64,000 nt of DNA. It comes from Myxococcota bacterium (GTDB lineage: Bacteria > Myxococcota > JACRCW01). This document shows, one piece after another, positions 58,847 to 64,000 of the stretch. Position numbers and translations under genes: made by a program. How positions within the stretch are numbered: the first letter of the stretch is position 1; every line of letters starts with the position of its first letter. Location of the stretch: assembly GCA_040752415.1 (NCBI GenBank), contig JBFMGU010000007.1, forward strand, positions 24,993 to 88,992, given 5' to 3'. Below the pieces are notes generated by a model that made no database searches, was not told the origin of the DNA, and worked only from the letters and a program-made list of their open reading frames with translations.

Positions 58847-60886
58847 TCATGGGCAGGGCGTTCCCAGCGGGGCCGGGGCCGTCACCACCGCCACCCCCGT
58901 GGCCAGGAATGACGTGAGGAAGCAGCCGACCTGGTACTTCACGGCGTCGAGCTGGCGGTAGATGGAGTGCGGATCCGCAATTCCGTCGCCCTCATACTGG
59001 ACCACCACGCCAGTGTAGGCCTGCCCCGCCACCGAGGTGCGGTTCTGCTGCACGGGGTAGGGCAGGATGCCCTGGTTGTCCGCCAACGCAAGCGCCTCCT
59101 GCATGCTGGACCAGACCTCCTGGCCCGCCTGCTGGTGCCCGTAGGCCAGCGCCATGGCGTCGTAGAGCACCGTGGGGAAGTACCGGTCATTGCGACCCAC
59201 CGGCTCATAGACGGGACGCACGGGATGGCCCGGGAGCGGATGCCGACCCAACCGACCCATGAACACCAGCGGCTCCACCGGCTCCCACGCCGTGGTCAGC
59301 AGGTTCATGGCGGGATGCATGAACGTGAGCGGCTCCAGCGTGCCCAGCAACAGGCCGATCTTCCCCGCCGCTCCGTCGATGAGCGAGGTCTTCAGGATGA
59401 AATAGGCCCAGAAGCCGCCCGCGCCGGTGGGCACCGCAATGCGCACCCGCGGCTCCACCGCGCCAAGGAGGTTGGTGTACGCGCCGCCCATGGACTGACC
59501 CATGGCCACCAGCTTGTCCTCGTCAAAGTGGAACGCCGGCTCACCCTCCGGCAGCTCCGGTCCGCCGCAGCCCGCCAGCACCTCCGGCGGAATCCGCAAC
59601 GTGCGCAACGCCTCGATGTAGAGCCGCTGCTCGACGACACCCTGGCGGAACACGTCGCGGAAGGCGGGCGGGTTGGAGAGGTTTAGGTACGCGGTGTCCT
59701 CGGCGCCGGGGAGGCGCTCGGGGTTGACGGGGAGCGCGGCGCCGGCGGTGGCCAGGCCCAACGCGCCCACGGTGTGCGCCGGGCCCAGCCGCTTCTCCGC
59801 GGTCCCGCCCACGGTGAGCGTGGGTCCGTCGTCACAGTTGTCCCCGCTCAGCCCGCCCGAGCCGTGGAAGTACACCACCAGCGGAAAACCGCCCGCGGGC
59901 ATGCGCCGCTTGGGAACGGTGATGTCGACGGGGATGTCGCGCTGCTCCTGCTCCACCGGAAGCCCGTCGGCGCCGACCTCGAAGAGCCCCTCGGTGTCGT
60001 AGGGCGCCACGCCGCGCTGGAACTGCGGTTGACGGACCGTGCCGCGCAGCTCGCAGTAATAGGGATCCAGCGTGCCGTCGTCGGGGTCCAGGTGGAGGTC
60101 GGTGATCTGGACCGGGTGGCGTGCCTTGAGGGCCTCGGTCAGCTCATGCAGGTCCTTGACGACGTCACCGGTGGTGAACACCGTGGCCGCCGCCACCTCC
60201 GCCACGTTCACGCCCACCTGCCGCAAGGTCTCCCACAGCGGCGTGTACAACGTCAGCGCCGAATCCCCACGCTCCCCCGACGGCGCCACCTGGGACTTGA
60301 GCTGTTGCAGCGTCAGCGGCGCGCCCAGGGGTTGTCCCGAGGCGTCGCGCAGGCTGCGCATGATCACGAACGCATAGGTGCGCTGCGGGGCCAGCACGAA
60401 GCCCGGCCGCGCCGCCACGGTGAGCAGGTTGGCGGCCACGTAGTCGTCGGGGTTGGGGGTCCCGGCCACGGTGGGGAACAGGCGCCCGCGCTCAGGAGAG
60501 GCCGGGTCCACGTCGAGCAGCAGCACCGGTGACGACGTGGCAGCGGGGACCACCACCTCCGGGTCCTGCGCGGAGATGGCGGCGTCGAACGCGAAGTACC
60601 CCACCGCGATCATCGGGAAGCCCGTGCGCTCCATGGCCGCTTCGCGCAGCCCGTTGACGACGGCATTGGCCCCGTCATTGGGAAAGCCCACCAGGTCCGG
60701 CTGGCCGCCGGGAAGGCGACGCAGGTCGGACGGGTAGGGAAACGCGTAGAAGCCCACCGGCGTCCGCCAGTCCGCGCTGAGGTCCATCAGCACCTGCGTG
60801 CCGGCAATGGCGACGGGCGGCTGGGTCTGCGACGGGGTGGGCGCACACGCCAGCAGGCACAGCAGCGCCGCGGGGGACCGCTTCAT
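58847..60886 (-). CDS. Lipoprotein with alpha/beta-hydrolase domain
   Basis: Lipobox LLAC; FPYPSD; YFHGSG; GQSMGG nucleophile elbow; C-terminal DPH. Confidence 0.85.
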   Translation of the reverse strand: MKRSPAALLCLLACAPTPSQTQPPVAIAGTQVLMDLSADWRTPVGFYAFPYPSDLRRLPGGQPDLVGFPNDGANAVVNGLREAAMERTGFPMIAVGYFAFDAAISAQDPEVVVPAATSSPVLLLDVDPASPERGRLFPTVAGTPNPDDYVAANLLTVAARPGFVLAPQRTYAFVIMRSLRDASGQPLGAPLTLQQLKSQVAPSGERGDSALTLYTPLWETLRQVGVNVAEVAAATVFTTGDVVKDLHELTEALKARHPVQITDLHLDPDDGTLDPYYCELRGTVRQPQFQRGVAPYDTEGLFEVGADGLPVEQEQRDIPVDITVPKRRMPAGGFPLVVYFHGSGGLSGDNCDDGPTLTVGGTAEKRLGPAHTVGALGLATAGAALPVNPERLPGAEDTAYLNLSNPPAFRDVFRQGVVEQRLYIEALRTLRIPPEVLAGCGGPELPEGEPAFHFDEDKLVAMGQSMGGAYTNLLGAVEPRVRIAVPTGAGGFWAYFILKTSLIDGAAGKIGLLLGTLEPLTFMHPAMNLLTTAWEPVEPLVFMGRLGRHPLPGHPVRPVYEPVGRNDRYFPTVLYDAMALAYGHQQAGQEVWSSMQEALALADNQGILPYPVQQNRTSVAGQAYTGVVVQYEGDGIADPHSIYRQLDAVKYQVGCFLTSFLATGVAVVTAPAPLGTPCP

Positions 60887-60983
60887 TCGTGCGAATCTAC
60901 GCCGGGCCAACCAGCGCACCAAACATCTGGAACGTCGGGGAAGCCTCGCGCTGCGACGTGTCGTGCGTGCTAACCTGCCGCGC

Positions 60984-61826
60984 ATGACCCGCAACGCCGC
61001 CCTGGGACTGGTGACCGCCTGCCTGCTGTCCTGCTCCCAACCTCCCACGCCGCCCTTCATCCCGCCCGACGACGACACCGGTCTCGTCGGGGTGAGCGTG
61101 CCGGAGGGCTCCCTGGCGGGGACATGGGGCGTGGTGATCGAGTGGGCCACGGTGGTGACGGTGCCCATCCTGGGAGACCGCAACGGCGGCTCGCAGGGCT
61201 CGCGCATCTGGAAGCGCACCTGGGACGCGGCCAGCAAGACCTACCAGGATGAATTCCGCTGGTGCACCGACGACATCTTCGAGGTGGAGGGCACCAGGAG
61301 CGTGGTCAGCGACGCCACGCTGGCCAAGCTGGCCGCGGTGACGCTCACCAGCACCGCCAACCACGAGCAGGGCGAGTACACCACCAACACCGTGATTGAC
61401 CTGTGGGGCGTGCGCAACCTGCCGGATCCCGTCGAGACGGAGCTGCCCAAGAAGGACAACTACCAGACCCCGCCGCAGAGCGACTGGATGTGGGACGAGG
61501 ATGACGACGGAAATCCGGGCGTCACCGTGAAGCTCACCGGCTCCATCAGCGCGGATGCGTACCTGGTCTCTCGCTCGGTGTATCGCCTGGAGGGCACGGT
61601 GCTCTCGACGGACCACATCCAGGGACTGGCGCGTTCGCAGAAGACCAACCAGCACACCGTGAAGGCCACGAACTCGCTGGCGGAGGGTGAGAGCAAGACG
61701 CGCCCGGACACCAGCAACCCCAAGGCCAGCTGGTTTGACATGGTCCGCCTCGGCGACAACGCCACCTGTGACGACGTGCGCGCCGCGCTGGCCGACGGTC
61801 GCCTGGCCACCCGCCAGCCCTTCTGA
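60984..61826 (+). CDS. Hypothetical lipoprotein
   Basis: Lipobox LLSC; DEDDDGNPGVT putative Ca-binding motif. Confidence 0.85.
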   Translation: MTRNAALGLVTACLLSCSQPPTPPFIPPDDDTGLVGVSVPEGSLAGTWGVVIEWATVVTVPILGDRNGGSQGSRIWKRTWDAASKTYQDEFRWCTDDIFEVEGTRSVVSDATLAKLAAVTLTSTANHEQGEYTTNTVIDLWGVRNLPDPVETELPKKDNYQTPPQSDWMWDEDDDGNPGVTVKLTGSISADAYLVSRSVYRLEGTVLSTDHIQGLARSQKTNQHTVKATNSLAEGESKTRPDTSNPKASWFDMVRLGDNATCDDVRAALADGRLATRQPF

Positions 61827-61885
61827 CCTTCCCCAATCCTGTAACGAGGACACACTCGCCTTGCTGCGCGAGATGAGGACGCGTG

Positions 61886-62347
61886 ATGGCAACCACGACG
61901 AAGAAGAAGCCCGCTGCCAAGAAGAAGCCCGCCGCGAAGAAGCCCGCGAGCAAGCCGGTGAAGACGGAGAAGTACGGGGACCTCAAGCTGGGACTGCCCA
62001 AGTGGAAGCCGGTGCACGCGCGGATCAGCGCCATCTGCGCCGCACTCCCCGACACCAGCGAGGTCATGGCCTGGGGGCACCCGAACTGGAAGGTGGGGAA
62101 GGGCGCCAAGGCGCGCATGTTCGCGAGCTGGGGCGCGGGCGAGGATATGGCGTCCATGGGCGTCATGACCGACCCCTTCGAGCGCAAGGTGCTGCTGGAG
62201 GACGAGCGCATCACGGTGGCCAAGTACGTGGGGCACAAGGGCTGGATCAGCTTCCGCATGGATGATCCCCGGAAGATCGACTGGGAGCTCGTCGAGCGGC
62301 TGCTGAAGACGAGCTACGCGGTGATCTCCGGCCAGATTCCCAGCTGA
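61886..62347 (+). CDS. MmcQ/YjbR family protein with Lys/Ala/Pro-rich N-terminal tail
   Basis: C.ALP....WG.P.WKV...MFA; YVGHKGWIS; IDW...E.LL..SY. Confidence 0.88.
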   Translation: MATTTKKKPAAKKKPAAKKPASKPVKTEKYGDLKLGLPKWKPVHARISAICAALPDTSEVMAWGHPNWKVGKGAKARMFASWGAGEDMASMGVMTDPFERKVLLEDERITVAKYVGHKGWISFRMDDPRKIDWELVERLLKTSYAVISGQIPS

Positions 62348-62354
62348 CCGCGCC

Positions 62355-63209
62355 ATGTCTCCCCGTCGCCTCGTCCCGCTGCTGCTCCTCCTCTGCACCG
62401 CGCCGCGCGCCGAGGAGGGACGGGCGCCGCTGCGGGTCGTCGACGTCCACACGCACACGCGCTTCACCGGCGCGCCGGAGCCCACCAGCGGCATCCCCAT
62501 CACGCGGGAGCGCTTCTTCGCCGAGCTGCAGCGCGCGGGCGTGGTGGCGGCGGTGGCGCATACCGCTTCCGACGGTGAAGGCTACGTGGACCTGCGGGCG
62601 CAGCACGTCATCCACTGCGCTGGCGTCGACGCCAAGGTGGACGTGAAACGCGTGGAGGAGGGGCTGAGGTCCGGGAAGTACGGGTGCATCAAGATCTACC
62701 TGGGCTACGTGCACCAGTACGCCCATGACAAGGCCTATGAGCCGGCGTACCAGCTCGCCGAGAAGTACGACGTGCCCGTGGTGTTCCACACCGGAGACAC
62801 CTATTCCACGCGCGCCAAGCTGAAGTACGCGGACCCCCTCACCATCGACGAGGTGGCGGTGGATCATCCCAGGGTGCGCTTCGTCATCGCGCACTGCGGG
62901 AACCCGTGGATCGAGTCCGCGGCGGAGGTGGCGTACAAGAATCCCAACGTGTTTCTCGACGGGTCCGCGTTGCTGATTGGTGAGCTGGACAAGATGCCGC
63001 GCGAGAAGGTCGACGAGTATGTGGTGCGGCCGCTGCGCTGGATCTTCGGCTACGTGGAGGACCCGGGAAAGCTGATGTTCGGCTCGGATTGGCCGCTCAC
63101 CGACGTGGCCTCCTACGTGGCGGCGTTCCAGCGCGCCATTCCGCCGGAACACTGGCAGGCGGTCTTCCACGACAACGCCGTCAAGGTGTTCAAGCTCAAG
63201 ACGCGCTGA
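62355..63209 (+). CDS. Exported amidohydrolase_2 family protein
   Basis: Signal peptide; DVHTH, FHTG, AHCGNPW, FGSDWP. Confidence 0.92.
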   Translation: MSPRRLVPLLLLLCTAPRAEEGRAPLRVVDVHTHTRFTGAPEPTSGIPITRERFFAELQRAGVVAAVAHTASDGEGYVDLRAQHVIHCAGVDAKVDVKRVEEGLRSGKYGCIKIYLGYVHQYAHDKAYEPAYQLAEKYDVPVVFHTGDTYSTRAKLKYADPLTIDEVAVDHPRVRFVIAHCGNPWIESAAEVAYKNPNVFLDGSALLIGELDKMPREKVDEYVVRPLRWIFGYVEDPGKLMFGSDWPLTDVASYVAAFQRAIPPEHWQAVFHDNAVKVFKLKTR

Positions 63210-63290
63210 GGCCCCGCGCAGGGGCTGCGGTTGGCGATGCTCCGCGCCCGCGGGGGCTGACGGAATTGCGCTGGTTGTCGTTGGAGGCGC

Positions 63291-63306
63291 GGGCACGTGG
63301 CTTGCT
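63291..63306 (+). promoter_or_regulatory. Putative sigma54 promoter
   Basis: GGGCAC-GTGGC-TTGCT, close to TGGCAC-N5-TTGCW, upstream of the CDS at 63333. Confidence 0.65.
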
Positions 63307-63332
63307 GATTCGAAGCCCGTGGGGGGAGGAGG

Positions 63333-63818
63333 TTGGATGTCGTGAGCCCGCTGGTGGAGGAGTTCCTGGCGCAGAAGCGCATTGCGGTGGTGGGGGTCTC
63401 GCGCACGAAGAAGGACGCGGCCAACGGCATCTTCGTGAAGCTGCGCGACGAGGGCTACCAGGTCTTTGCCGTGAACCCGAACGCGACCGTCGTGGAGGGC
63501 GCACCCTGCTACGCGCGCGTGAGCGACATCCCGGGCGGTGTGGACGCCGTGGTGATCGTGACGCGGCCCGAGGCGACGGAGGAGGTGGTGCGCGACTGCC
63601 ACCGCGTCGGCGTGACGCGCGTGTGGATGCACAACAACACCTTCCTCCCCGGCAGCACCTCGGAGGCGGCGGTGGCGTTCTGCCGTGAGCACGACATGAA
63701 GGTCATCCCCGCGGGGTGTCCCATGATGCACCTGTCCCCCGACGTGGGACATGCGTGCATGCGCTGGGTCCTGCAGGTCTCCGGACGCCTGCCACCCGAG
63801 GTCACCACCCACGCGTAG
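63333..63818 (+). CDS. CoA-binding protein (YccU-like)
   Basis: GGAGG upstream; IAVVGVS, VNP, VWMH, GCPMM. Confidence 0.92.
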   Translation: MDVVSPLVEEFLAQKRIAVVGVSRTKKDAANGIFVKLRDEGYQVFAVNPNATVVEGAPCYARVSDIPGGVDAVVIVTRPEATEEVVRDCHRVGVTRVWMHNNTFLPGSTSEAAVAFCREHDMKVIPAGCPMMHLSPDVGHACMRWVLQVSGRLPPEVTTHA

Positions 63819-63882
63819 GTGTGAAGCAGCGAAATGATGCCCATGGTCACGAAGTGGAGGAGCGCGTGAGCGACGCCCTGGA

Positions 63883-64000
63883 GAGGGTGTCTCGGAATAT
63901 CTGGCGGCGATTGAACCGGAAACCCCGGTCACCCGGCCGCGAGGCGGAGGAGACCCTTGTTCCAGGCCGGGAGCAGCTTCCTCAGGTTGTGAGCGATCAT
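63883..64000 (-). mobile_element. Probable end of an IS (IS1182/IS5-like): transposase C-terminus 63929-64000 plus candidate terminal IR
   Basis: Minus strand reads ...MIAHNLRKLLPAWNKGLLRLAAG*; AHNLRKL is a typical DDE transposase C-terminal motif; GAGGGTGTCTCGGAAT at 63883 resembles IS1182-type ends. Confidence 0.65.

Overview
High-GC bacterial chromosome segment, most likely Myxococcota. This is inferred from a MYXO-CTERM-type surface protein, myxobacterial Cys-rich lipoproteins, three Hanks-type Ser/Thr kinases, and AgmX/PglI-like and DUF2378-like proteins. About 57 credible CDS: a split glycine-cleavage locus (gcvT-gcvH-[membrane protein, M23 peptidase]-gcvP), caspase-like and calpain-like proteases, several giant beta-propeller lipoproteins, and housekeeping or regulatory genes. 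I recognised no rRNA, tRNA or CRISPR array. The most interesting unexplained signal is non-coding: several intergenic gaps hold 125-420 bp palindromic elements. One family (12441-12862, 30453-30669, probably 54235-54558) keeps a 29-nt loop and two stems whose sequences change with compensatory substitutions. A second family (199-433, 3487-3679, 23237-23460) shares a CTGGAGTGCGG...CCGCCCTGG core with locus-specific but still self-complementary flanks. Other observations: two small ORFs missing from the ORF track (one a 36-aa R/K-rich peptide), a recurrent leaderless-promoter signature, a sigma54-like convergent gene pair, a frameshifted SemiSWEET-like gene, a histidine kinase lacking its N-box Asn, and a probable IS end at the right edge. 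Family names come from motifs recognised by eye; no searches were run.
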